Counted from the stretch's first letter, positions 12,901-25,686 are shown. The stretch is 64,000 nt of DNA from Antedon mediterranea (GCF_964355755.1 NC_092676.1:12154671-12218670), one strand, 5' to 3'. The notes: a model not told the origin generated them from the letters alone. Translations and numbers: made by a program.

Positions 12901-13806
12901 TACGAGTTGACCAATTATTTGGGTACGAGTTAGCCAAGTTTGGTTCGAGTTGACATGGGTACGTTACGGGTTGACCAGCACCCTAGAATACGGATAAAGA
13001 TCAACCCGTACCCACCCCCATGCCGACTCGTTCCAATCCCATGGTAGAATACTACTTACATGTTAGTTTAGCCTAGCTGGGCTAACCTACCTCACCTCTC
13101 ACATGCCCTCCTGAAAAAACGCGACCGAAATTACTGGAACCCTACCCTAGCCTACTAGACCTAGATAGTAGTGTAGTGATCCGTAGTACCATGGAACTAT
13201 AATAAATGGTAGACGTACTAGTACTGTGTAGTATATGTTAACATGTCTGGCTCTACAAGGCCTTTTTATGCTCATATAGGATGGCTTTTTTGGGCGTCCC
13301 AATGTAGGCCTATGCCTATAGCTAGGACAGATTTCCCATTCCTGCAGGCCTGTAGCCTATGCTCTAGTAGGGCGGCCGGGTGTACTCTGGTCGATTCACC
13401 CCTGGTCGACTCGTACCCATGCCAACTCGTACTTAACTTCCTACCCTAAACTCGTATCCAACCAAATAATTGATTGATTTCCCGCTAGAATAGTAGGCCT
13501 AGTCTAGCTACAATATTCATTATGCCCTTCTAAAAAGGTAGATGAGCTACTAGACTAATTACGTAATTCGTATAATAATAACAATAATTGACTAGAAGGC
13601 CTAAAAGCGGCGGAAAACACCTATCCATTCTTGCATGGCAGTACGAAAACCTGCCTATGGTTGTACATCATTGTAAATTGTCAACACACACTGAGCTACA
13701 GACAGTGTACCGTGTGTTAAAAGTACGGCATTTATAGCAGACAGCAACGTGTATAACTTGCTATAGTTTTACAGATAGCACCTGTGGACAGTAGCAGAAT
13801 CGGGTG
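9949..13806 (-). repeat. Right arm of palindrome
   Basis: Reverse complement of 5023-9776, lacking the 5457-6239 segment. Confidence 0.95.
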
Positions 13807-15619
13807 TAAAATCACATTTGAAACCGTTTAGACCATTTTGAGCATGTCGATAAAACTTTTCACACAAAAACATCAAAGTGTACAAAATAGCTTCAAATCG
13901 CATTTAGAGAGGTTTTAGACCATTTTGTGCATTTCGATAAAACTTTTCACACAAAAACATCAAAGTGTACAAAATAACTTCAAATCGCATTTAGAGACGT
14001 TTTAGACCATTTTGAGCATGTCGATAAAACTTTTCACACAAAAACATCAAAGTGCACAGAATAGTTTCAAATCGCATTTGGAGACGTTTTAGACCATTTT
14101 GTGCATTTCGATAAAACTTTTCACATAAAAACATCAAAGTGCACAAAATAGCTTCAAATCGCATTTAGACACGTTTTAGACCATTTTGGGCATTTCGATT
14201 AAACTTGGTTACACAAAAACATAAAAGTGCTTAAAATCACATTTCACACCGTTTTAGAGCATTTTGAGCATTTCGATAAAACTTTTCACACAAAAACATC
14301 AAAGTGTACAAAATAGCTTCAAATCGCATTTAGAGAGGTTTTAGACCATTTTGTGCATTTCGATAAAAATTTTCACATAAAAACATCGAAGTGCTTAGAA
14401 TAGCTTCAAATCGCATTTGGAGACGTTTTAGACCATTTTGTGCATTTCGATGAAACTTGGTTACACAAAAACATCAAACTGCTTAAAATCACATTTGACC
14501 GTTTTAGAGCATTTTGAGCATTTCGATAAAACTTTTCACACAAAAACATCAAAGTGCACAAAATAGCTTCAAATCGCATTTCGAGACGTTTTAGAAAATT
14601 TTGTGCATTTCAATAAAACTTTTCAAAAAAAAACATAAAAGTGAACAGAATAGCTTCAAATTGCGTTTGGAGACGTTTTAGAGCATTTTGTGTATTTCGA
14701 TAAAATGTGTTAACATAAAAATACCAAAGTGTTTAGAATATCTTCAAATCGCATTTGGAGACGTTTTAGACCATTTTGTGCATTTCGATGAAACTTGGTT
14801 ACACAAAAACTTAAAAGTGCTTAAAATCACATTTCAAACCGTTTTAGAGCATTTTGAGCATTTCGATAAAACTTTTCACACTAAAACATCAAAGTGCACA
14901 AAATAGCTTCAAATCGCATTTAGAGATGTTTTAGACCATTTTGTGCAATTCGATAAAAGTTTTCACACAAAAACATGAAATTGCACAAAATAGCTAAATA
15001 TCGTGTTTGAAAACGTTTTAGACCATTTTGTGCATTTCGATGAAACTTGGTTACACAAAAACATCAAAGTGCTTAAAATCACATTTGAAACCGTTTAGAC
15101 CATTTTGAGCATTTCGATAAAACTTTTCACACGCAAATATCAAAGTGTACAGAATAGCTTCAAATTGCATTTGGAGACGTTTTAGACCATTTTGTGCATT
15201 TCGATAAAATGTGTTAACATGAAAAGACCAAAGTGTTTAGAATATCTTCAAATCGCATTTGGAGACGTTTTAGACCATTTTGTGCATTTCGATGAAACTT
15301 GGTTACACAAAAAAATCAAAGTGCTTAAAATCACATTTAAAACCGTTTTAGAGCATTTTGAGCATTTCGATAAAACTTTTCACACAAAAACATCAAAGTG
15401 CACAGAATATCTTAAAATGGCATTTGGAGACGTTTTAGACTATTTTGTTCATTTCGAAAAAACTTGTTAACATAAAAACATCGAAGTGCTTAAAATCACA
15501 TTTAAAACCGTTTTAGAGCATTTTGAGCATTTCGATAAAACTTTTCACACAAAAACATCAAAGTGTACAAAATAACTTCAAATCGCATTTAGAGACGTTT
15601 TAGACCATTTTGTGCATTT

Positions 15620-18160
15620 CGATAAAACTTTTCACACAAAAACATCAAATTGCACAAAATAGCTTAATATCGTGTTTGAAAACGTTTTAGACCAATTTGA
15701 GCATGTCGATAAAACTTTTCACACAAAAACATAAAAGTGAACAGAATAGCTTCAAATTGGATTTGGAGACGTTTTAGAGCATTTTGTGCATTTCGATAAA
15801 ATGTGTTAACATAAAAAGACCAAAGTGTTTAGAATATCTTCAAATCACATTTGGAGACGTTTTAGACCATTTTTTGCATTTCGATGAAACTTGGTTACAC
15901 AAAAACATCAAAGTGCTTAAAACCGTTGCTTAAAATCACATTTAAAACCGTTTTAGAGCATTTTGAGCATTTCGTTAAAACTTTTCACACAAAAACATCA
16001 AAGTGTACAAAATAGCTTCAAATCGCATTTAGAGAGGTTTTAGACCATTTTGTGCATTTCGATAAAACTTTTCACACAAAAACATCAAAGTGTACAAAAT
16101 AGCTTCAAATGGCATTTAGAGACGTTTTAGACCATTTTGGGCATTTCGATGAAACTTAGTTACACAAATACATAAAAGTCCTTAAAATCACATTTCAAAC
16201 CGTTTTAGAGCATTTTGAGCATTTCGATAAAACTTTTCACACAAAAACATCAAAGTGCACAAAATAGCTTCAAATCGCATTTAGAGATGTTTTAGACCAT
16301 TTTGTGCAATTCGATAAAACTTTTAACACAAAAACATCAAATTGCACAAAATAGCTTAATATCGTGTTTGAAAACGTTTTAGACCATTTTGAGCATGTCG
16401 ATAAAACTTTTCACACAAAAACATAAAAGTGAACAGAATAGCTTCAAATTGGATTTGGAGACGTTTTAGAGCATTTTGTGCATTTCGATAACATGTGTTA
16501 ACATAAAAAGACCAAAGTGTTTAGAATATCTTCAAATCACATTTGGAGACGTTTTAGACCATTTTTTGCATTTCGATGAAACTTGGTTACACAAAAACAT
16601 CAAAGTGCTTAAAACCGTTGCTTAAAATCACATTTAAAACCGTTTTAGAGCATTTTGAGCATTTCGTTAAAACTTTTCACACAAAAACATCAAAGTGTAC
16701 AAAATAGCTTCAAATCGCATTTAGAGAGGTTTTAGACCATTTTGTGCATTTCGATAAAACTTTTCACACAAAAACATCAAAGTGTACAAAATAGCTTCAA
16801 ATGGCATTTAGAGACGTTTTAGACCATTTTGGGCATTTCGATGAAACTTAGTTACACAAATACATAAAAGTCCTTAAAATCACATTTCAAACCGTTTTAG
16901 AGCATTTTGAGCATTTCGATAAAACTTTTCACACAAAATCATCAAAGTGCACAAAATAGCTTCAAATCGCATTTAGAGATGTTTTAGACCATTTTGTGCA
17001 ATTCGATAAAACTTTTCACACAAAAACATCAAATTGCACAAAATAGCTTAATATCGTGTTTGAAAACGTTTTAGACCATTTTGAGCATGTCGATAAAACT
17101 TTTCACACAAAAACATAAAAGTGAACAGAATAGCTTCAAATTGGATTTGGAGACGTTTTAGAGCATTTTGTGCATTTCGATAAAATGTGTTAACATAAAA
17201 AGACCAAAGTGTTTAGAATATCTTCAAATCACATTTGGAGACGTTTTAGACCATTTTTTGCATTTCGATGAAACTTGGTTACACAAAAACATCAAAGTGC
17301 TTAAAACCGTTGCTTAAAATCACATTTAAAACCGTTTTAGAGCATTTTGAGCATTTCGTTAAAACTTTTCACACAAAAACATCAAAGTGTACAAAATAGC
17401 TTCAAATCGCATTTAGAGAGGTTTTAGACCATTTTGTGCATTTCGATAAAACTTTTCACACAAAAACATCAAAGTGTACAAAATAGCTTCAAATGGCATT
17501 TAGAGACGTTTTAGACCATTTTGGGCATTTCGATGAAACTTAGTTACACAAATACATAAAAGTCCTTAAAATCACATTTCAAACCGTTTTAGAGCATTTT
17601 GAGCATTTCGATAAAACTTTTCACACAAAAACATCAAAGTGCACAAAATAGCTTCAAATCGCATTTAGAGATGTTTTAGACCATTTTGTGCAATTCGATA
17701 AAACTTTTCACACAAAAACATCAAATTGCACAAAATAGCTTAATATCGTGTTTGAAAACGTTTTAGACCATTTTGAGCATGTCGATAAAACTTTTCACAC
17801 AAAAACATAAAAGTGAACAGAATAGCTTCAAATTGGATTTGGAGACGTTTTAGAGCATTTTGTGCATTTCGATAAAATGTGTTAACATAAAAAGACCAAA
17901 GTGTTTAGAATATCTTCAAATCACATTTGGAGACGTTTTAGACCATTTTTTGCATTTCGATGAAACTTGGTTACACAAAAACATCAAAGTGCTTAAAACC
18001 GTTGCTTAAAATCACATTTAAAACCGTTTTAGAGCATTTTGAGCATTTCGTTAAAACTTTTCACACAAAAACATCAAAGTGTACAAAATAGCTTCAAATC
18101 GCATTTAGAGAGGTTTTAGACCATTTTGTGCATTTCGATAAAACTTTTCACACAAAAACA
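15620..18160 (+). repeat. 692-bp 8-monomer higher-order repeat, about 3.7 copies
   Basis: The diagnostic gtgcttaaaaccgttgcttaaaatcac recurs with its ccgttg core at 15923, 16615, 17307 and 17999, an exact 692-bp spacing. It recurs again at 41523 and 42215 and once at 23309. Confidence 0.9.
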
Positions 18161-18497
18161 TCAGAGTGTACAAAATTGCTTCAAATGGCATTTAGAGAGG
18201 TTTTAGACCATTTTGTGCATTTCGATAAAACTTTTCACACAAAAACATCAAAGTGCACAGAATATCTTAATACCGTGTCTGAAATCGTTTTAAACCATTT
18301 TGAGCATGTCGATAAAACTTTTCACACAAAAACATCAAAGTGCACAGAATATCTTCAAATCGCATTTAGAGACGTTTTAGACCATTTTGTGCATTTCGAA
18401 AAAATTTGTTAACATAAAAAGACCAAAGTGTTTAGAATATCTCCAAATCGCATTTGGAGACGTTTTAGACCATTTTGTGCATTTCGATGAAACTTGG

Positions 18498-20270
18498 TTA
18501 CACAAAAACATCAAAGTGCTTAAAATCACATTTAAAACCGTTTTAGAGCGTTTTGAGCGATTCGATAAACTTTTCACACAAAAACATCAAAGTGCACAAA
18601 ATAGCTTCAAATCGCATTTAGAGATGTTTTAGACCATTTTGTGCATTTCGATAAAACTTTTCACACAAAAACATCAAATTGCACAAAATAGCTTAATACC
18701 GTGTTTGAAATCATTTTAAACCATTTTGAGCATGTCGATAAAACTTTTCACACAAAAATATCAAAGTGCACAGAATATCTTCAAATCGCATTTAGAGACG
18801 TTTTAGACCATTTTGTGCATTTCGAAAAAATTTGTTAACATAAAAAGACCAAAGTGTTTAGAATATCTCCAAATCGCATTTGGAGACGTTTTAGACCATT
18901 TTGTGTTTTTCGAAAAAACTTTTCACACAAAAACATCAAAGTGTACAAAATTGCTTCAAATCGCATTTGGAGACGTTTTAGACCATTTTGTGATTTTCGA
19001 AAAACTTTTCACACAAAAACATCAAAGTGTAGAAAATTGCTTCAAATCGGAAAAAAAATGTTTTGAGAGATGTTTTAGAACAATTTTGTGCATTTCGAAA
19101 AAATTTGTTAACATAAAAAGACCAAAGTGTTTAGAATATCTCCAAATCGCATTTGGAGACGTTTTAGACCATTTTGTGCATTTCGATGACACTTGGTTAC
19201 ACAAAAACATCAAAGTGCTTAAAATCACATTTAAAACCGTTTTAGAGCGTTTTGAGCATTTCGATAAACTTTTCAAACAAAAACATCAAAGTGTACAAAA
19301 TAGCTTCAAATCGTATTTGGAGACGTTTTAGACCATTTTGTGCGTTTCGATGTATCTTGGTTACACAAAAACATCAAAGTGCTTAAAATCACATTTAAAA
19401 CCGTTTTAGAGCGTTTTGAGCGATTCGATAAACTTTTCACACAAAAACATCAAAGTGCACAAAATAGCTTCAAATCGCATTTAGAGATGTTTTAGACCAT
19501 TTTGTGCATTTCGATAAAACTTTTCACACAAAAACATCAAATTGCACAAAATAGCTTAATACCGTGTTTGAAATCATTTTAAACCATTTTGAGCATGTCG
19601 ATAAAACTTTTCACACAAAAATATCAAAGTGCACAGAATATCTTCAAATCGCATTTAGAGACGTTTTAGACCATTTTGTGCATTTCGAAAAAATTTGTTA
19701 ACATAAAAAGACCAAAGTGTTTAGAATATCTCCAAATCGCATTTGGAGACCTTTTAGACCATTTTGTGTTTTTCGAAAAAACTTTTCACACAAAAACATC
19801 AAAGTGTACAAAATTGCTTCAAATCGCATTTGGAGACGTTTTAGACCATTTTGTGATTTTCGAAAAACTTTTCACACAAAAACATCAAAGTGTAGAAAAT
19901 TGCTTCAAATCGGAAAAAAAATGTTTTGAGAGATGTTTTAGAACAATTTTGTGCATTTCGAAAAAATTTGTTAACATAAAAAGACCAAAGTGTTTAGAAT
20001 ATCTCCAAATCGCATTTGGAGACGTTTTAGACCATTTTGTGCATTTCGATGACACTTGGTTACACAAAAACATCAAAGTGCTTAAAATCACATTTAAAAC
20101 CGTTTTAGAGCGTTTTGAGCATTTCGATAAACTTTTCAAACAAAAACATCAAAGTGTACAAAATAGCTTCAAATCGTATTTGGAGACGTTTTAGACCATT
20201 TTGTGCGTTTCGATGTATCTTGGTTACACAAAAACATCAAAGTGCTTAAAATCACATTTAAAACCGTTTT
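18498..20270 (+). repeat. 863-bp local tandem duplication of about 10 monomers
   Basis: The rare variant aaatcggaaaaaaaatgttttgagaga occurs at about 19043 and 19906. Near-identical 172-aa spurious ORFs start at 18813 and 19676 (offset 863). Confidence 0.88.
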
Positions 20271-23200
20271 AGTGCATTTTGAGCATTTCGATAAAACTTT
20301 TCACACAAAAACATCAAATTGCACAAAATAGCTTAATATCGTGTTTGAAAACGTTTTAGACCATTTTGAGCATGTCGATAAAACTTTTCACACAAAAACA
20401 TAAAAGTGCACAGAATAGCTTCAAATCGCATTTGGAGTCGTTTTAGACCATTTTGTGCATTTCGAAAAAACTTTTTAACATAAAAACACCAAAGTTCTTA
20501 GAATAGCTTCAAATCGCATTTGGAGACGTTTTAGACCATTTTGTGCATATCGATGAAACTTGGTTACACAAAAACATCAAAGTGCTTAAAATCACATTTG
20601 AAACCGTTTTAGAGCATTTTGAGCATTTCGATAAAACTTTTCACACAAAAACATCAAAGTGTACAAAATAGCTTCAAATCACATTTGAAACCGTTTTAGA
20701 CCATTTTGAGCATTTCGATAAAACTTTTCACACAAAAACATCAAAGTGTACAAAATAGCTTCAAATCGCATTTGGAGACGTTTTAGACCATTTTGTGCAT
20801 TTCGATGAAACTTGGTTACACAAAAACATCAAAGTGCTTAAAATTTCATTTGAAAGCGTTTTAGAGCATTTTGAGCATTTCGATAATACTTTTCACACAA
20901 AAACATCAAAGTGTACAAAATAGCTTCAAATCGCATTTGGAGACGTTTTAGACCATTTTGTGCATTTCGATAAAACTTTTCACACAAAAACATCAAAGTG
21001 TACAAAATAACTTCAAATCGTATTTAGAGACGTTTTAGACCATTTTGTGCATTTTGATAAAACTTTTCACACAAAAACATCAAATTGCACAAAATAGCTT
21101 AATATCGTGTTTGAAAACGTTTTAAACCATTTTGAGCATGTCGATAAAACTTTTCACACAAAAATATCAAAGTGCACAGAATATCTTCAAATCGCATTTA
21201 GAGACGTTTTAGACCATTTTGTGCATTTCGAAAAAATTTGTTAACATAAAAAGACCAAAGTGTTTAGAATATCTCCAAATCGCATTTGGAGACGTTTTAG
21301 ACCATTTTGTGATTTTCGAAAAACTTTTCACACTAAAACATCAAAGTGTAGAAAATTGCTTCAAATCGCATTTAGAGATGTTTTAGACCATTTTGTGCAT
21401 TTCGAAAAAATTTGTTAACATAAAAAGACCAAAGTGTTTAGAATATCTCCAAATCGCATTTGGAGACGTTTTAGACCATTTTGTGCATTTCGATGACACT
21501 TGGTTACACAAAAACATCAAAGTGCTTAAAATCACATTTAAAACCGTTTTAAAGCGTTTTGAGCATTTCGATAAACTTTTCAAACAAAAACATCAAAGTG
21601 TACAAAATAGCTTCAAATCGTATTTGGAGACGTTTTAGACCATTTTGTGCGTTTCGATGAATCTTGGTTACACAAAAACATCAAAGTGCTTAAAATCACA
21701 TTTAAAACCGTTGTAGTGCATTTTGAGCATTTCGATAAAACTTTTCACACAAAAACATCAAATTGCACAAAATAGCTTAATATCGTGTTTGAAAACGTTT
21801 TAGACCATTTTGAGCATGTCGATAAAACTTTTCACACAAAAACATCAAAGTGAACAGAATAGCTTCAAATTGCATTTGGAGACGTTTTAGAGCATTTTGT
21901 GCATTTCGATAAAATGTGTTAACATAAAAAGACAAAAGTGTTTAGAATATCTTCAAATCACATTTGGAGACGTTTTAGACCATTTTTTGCATTTCGATGA
22001 AACTTGGTTACACAAAAACATCAAAGTGCTTAAAATCACATTTAAAACCGTTTTAGAGCATTTTGAGCATTTCAATAAAACTTTTCACACAAAAACATCA
22101 AAAAGTGCACAGAATATCTTCAAATCGAATTTAGAGACGTTTTAGACCATTTTGTGCATTTCGAAAAAATTTGTTAACATAAAAAGACCAAAGTGTTTAG
22201 AATATCTCCAAATCGCATTTGGAGACGTTTTAGACCATTTTGTGCATTTCGATGAAACTTGGTTACACAAAAACATCAAAGTGCTTAAAATCACATTTGA
22301 AACCGTTTTAGAGCATTTTGAGCATTTCGATAAAACTTTTCACACAAAAACATCAAAGTGTACAAAATAGCTTCAAATCGCATTTGGAGACGTTTTAGAC
22401 CATTTTGTGCATTTCGATGAAACTTGGTTACACAAAAACATCAAAGTGCTTAAAATCACATTTGAAACCGTTTTAGAGCATTTTTAGCATTTCGATAATA
22501 CTTTTCACACAAAAACATCAAAGTGTACAAAATAGCTTCAAATCGCATTTGGAGACGTTTTAGACCATTTTGTGCATTTCGATAAAACTTTTCACACAAA
22601 AACATCAAAGTGTACAAAATAGCTTCAAATCGCATTTAGAGACGTTTTAGACCATTTTGTGCATTTCGATAAAACTTTTCACACAAAAACATCAAATTGC
22701 ACAAAATAGCTTCAAGTCGCATTTGGAGACGTTTTAAACCATTTTGTGCATTTCGATAAAACTTTTCACATAAAAACATCAAAGTGTACAAAATAGCTTC
22801 AAATGGCATTTAGAGACGTTTTAGACCATTTTCGGCATTTCGATGAAACTTAGTTACACAAATACATAAAAGTCCTTAAAATCACATTTCAAACCGTTTT
22901 AGAGCATTTTGAGCATTTCGATAAAACTTTTCACACAAAAACATCAAAGTGCACAAAATAGCTTCAAATCGCATTTAGAGATGTTTTAGACCATTTTGTG
23001 CAATTCGATAAAACTTTTCACACAAAAACATCAAATTGCACAAAATAGCTTAATATCGTGTTTGAAAACGTTTTAGACCATTTTGAGCATGTCGATAAAA
23101 CTTTTCACACAAAAACATAAAAGTGAACCGAATAGCTTCAAATTGGATTTGGAGACGTTTTAGAGCATTTTGTGCATTTCGATAAAATGTGTTAACATAA

Positions 23201-24218
23201 AAAGACCAAAGTGTTTAGAATATCTTCAAATCACATTTGGAGACGTTTTAGACCATTTTTTGCATTTCGATGAAACTTGGTTACACAAAAACATCAAAGT
23301 GCTTAAAACCGTTGCTTAAAATCACATTTAAAACCGTTTTAGAGCATTTTGAGCATTTCGTTAAAACTTTTCACACAAAAACATCAAAGTGTACAAAATA
23401 GCTTCAAATCGCATTTAGAGAGGTTTTAGACCATTTTGTGCATTTCGATAAAACTTTTCACACAAAAACATCAAAGTGAACAAAATAACTTCAAATCGCA
23501 TTTAGAGACGTTTTAGACCATTTTGTGCATTTTGATAAAACTTTTCACACAAAAACATCAAATTGCACAAAATAGCTTAATACCGTGTTTGAAATCGTTT
23601 TAAACCATTTTGAGCATGTCGATAAAACTTTTCACAAAAAAACATCAAAGTGCACAGAATAGCTTCAAATCGCATTTGGAGACGTTTTAAACCATTTTGT
23701 GCATTTCGATAAAACTTTTCACATAAAAACATCAAAGTGTACAAAATAGCTTCAAATCGCATTTAGAGACGTTTTAGACCATTTTGGGCATTTCGATGAA
23801 ACTAAGTTACACAAATACATAAAAGTCCTTAAAATCACATTTCAAACCGTTTTAGAGCATTTTGAGCATTTCGATAAAACTTTTCACACAAAAATATCAA
23901 AGTGCACAGAATAGCTTCAAATCGCATTTGGAGACGTTTTAGACCATTTTGTGTTTTTCGAAAAAACTTTTCACACAAAAACATCAAAGTGTACAAAATT
24001 GCTTCAAATCGCATTTGGAGACGTTTTAGACCATTTTGTGATTTTCGAAAAACTTTTCACACAAAAACATCAAAGTGTAGAAAATTGCTTCAAATCGCAT
24101 TTAGAGACGTTTTAGACCATTTTGTGCATTTCGAAAAAATTTGTTAACATAAAAAGACCAAAGTGTTTAGAATATCTCCAAATCGCATTTGGAGACGTTT
24201 TAGACCATTTTTTTTTTT

Positions 24219-25330
24219 ATCTTATGTGGGTTCATCCCACTTTTATTTCCATACCACTGTTCTCTTTACATATATTTTTCACTATACACTATACATATCA
24301 TTATATTTACAATGTTTGTTTAATCATCTGTATACATATACTTATTTAAAGAGTTTTATTCATTTGTTTACATATTATCACATTGATTACATAGCTTCCT
24401 CTTTTTAGACATATTATCTGTAACACATTTTCATTAACAAGCTTATTTTTTTTTCTTACATAGTTGTTTTTGATTTTTTCATCTACCACATTTTCATTTA
24501 ACAATGCATATTCTCTGTTATACTCATTACTTACTAAATGTTTACTGTTAACATAATATTGTTCTCATCCTTTAACATTAATATTAATATTTTTGTTCTT
24601 TAATGTTTACAAAACCAGCAGATCCTTTTTTGCATCTATAACTTCTTAAATTTTCATTTAACTTTTTTACTTTCTTCTCTTATGTGGATTCATTCCACTT
24701 TTTTTTTTTTGTTTACTTATTTTCTTTAAAAAAAAAAAAAAAAAAAACTATTTCCATATATTATTTTGTTTATACATACATTATCATTTAACCACATTGA
24801 TTACATAGTTTCCTCTTTTTATACATATTATCTATAACACATTTTCATTAACAAAGCTTATTTTTTCTTACATAGTTGTTTTTGGTTTTTTTTCATCTAC
24901 ATGCATATTTATTTCATACAATTATAATACGTTTATGTTTAATAAATCCATCCCATGGGTTTGTCCCATTTTATTTTTCTTTGGATTTATCTATGCAAAC
25001 ATATTTTCATTTAAACAATGCATATTCTCAGTTATACTAATTACTTACTAACTTTTTACTGTTAACATTATATTTTCCTCATCCTTTAACATTGATTTTT
25101 TTTATCTTTAAATGTTTACAAAATTTATTTCCAACAGATTATCCTTTTTTGCATCTACAGTATAACCCATCAAAGTTTCATTTAACTTTTTTTTCCTATG
25201 TGGGTTCATTCAATTATTTTTTTTTTTACTTATTATTTATTCTATTATTTTTTTTATACATACATTATCATTTAACAACATTTGTGTTTAATGATCCATT
25301 AAAAAAATTTGACATTTTTTTTTTTCTTTT
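24219..25330 (-). repeat. Diverged tandem repeats (about 460-520 bp, 2+ copies) in the LINE 3' UTR
   Basis: tatgtggRttcat recurs at about 24223, 24681 and 25197. cacattgattacatag...cattaaca recurs at about 24380 and 24794. acaatgcatattctc...ctcatcctttaacatt recurs at about 24501 and 25015. Confidence 0.85.
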
Positions 25331-25570
25331 TAACCATTTTATCATTTCAAAATTCCACATGCAGTAAGAATGTGCAAATTACATATATACGGTATATACC
25401 TATAATATGAAAGCTTTGATGAAAACACTTCACCACTTAAACCTAAACCTTCTTATCCTTCATCATTTTTTTTTATCATCAATCTATAAAAAGCTTTTCA
25501 CATTTTGTCTTTTTGTTTTCAAATCATCAAGGTATACATATTTACAAAATATACAGTATAGTAGCAAGGG

Positions 25571-25604
<34 letters not shown>

Positions 25605-25686
25605 ATAATAGATTCATCATTCATGGTATCTCATTTACATATTTTCTTCCTTAATCTGGTTGAGCATATATAGTATACCTGCAGAT

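Larger units (their letters stand above)
5023..13806. repeat. Giant imperfect palindrome / fold-back structure at the satellite strand switch
   Basis: 5023 cacccgattctgcttctgtccacacgtgctatctg is the near reverse complement of cagatagcacctgtggacagtagcagaatcgggtg ending at 13806. Pairing can be followed inward to gttgctc (ends 9776) and gagcaac (starts 9949). The same peptide MPIARTDFPFLQACSLCSSRAAG appears in ORFs on opposite strands (6083-6310 minus, 13243-13449 plus). Confidence 0.97.
13807..24207 (+). repeat. Satellite DNA array, forward orientation
   Basis: 87-bp unit aaaacttttcacacaaaaacatcaaagtgtacaaaatagcttcaaatcgcatttagagacgttttagaccattttgtgcatttcgat, interspersed with 78-bp (gaaacttggttacac...cttaaaatcacattt) and 88-bp (tttgttaacataaaaagacc...) variants. 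Confidence 0.98.

Noticed and set aside
6638-12981. Inner segment as an intact TIR transposon with target duplication
   Set aside because: Its flanks are reverse complements rather than direct repeats, and no transposase is present. The symmetry is explained by the larger palindrome.
13930-13950. CENP-B box (TTCG....A..CGGG) in the monomer
   Set aside because: Only TTCG....A matches. The CGGG half is absent.
25571-25603. Plus-strand A33 run as the tail of a separate retro-insertion
   Set aside because: I see no flanking target duplication or element body. It reads as a U-rich tract in the LINE 3' UTR.
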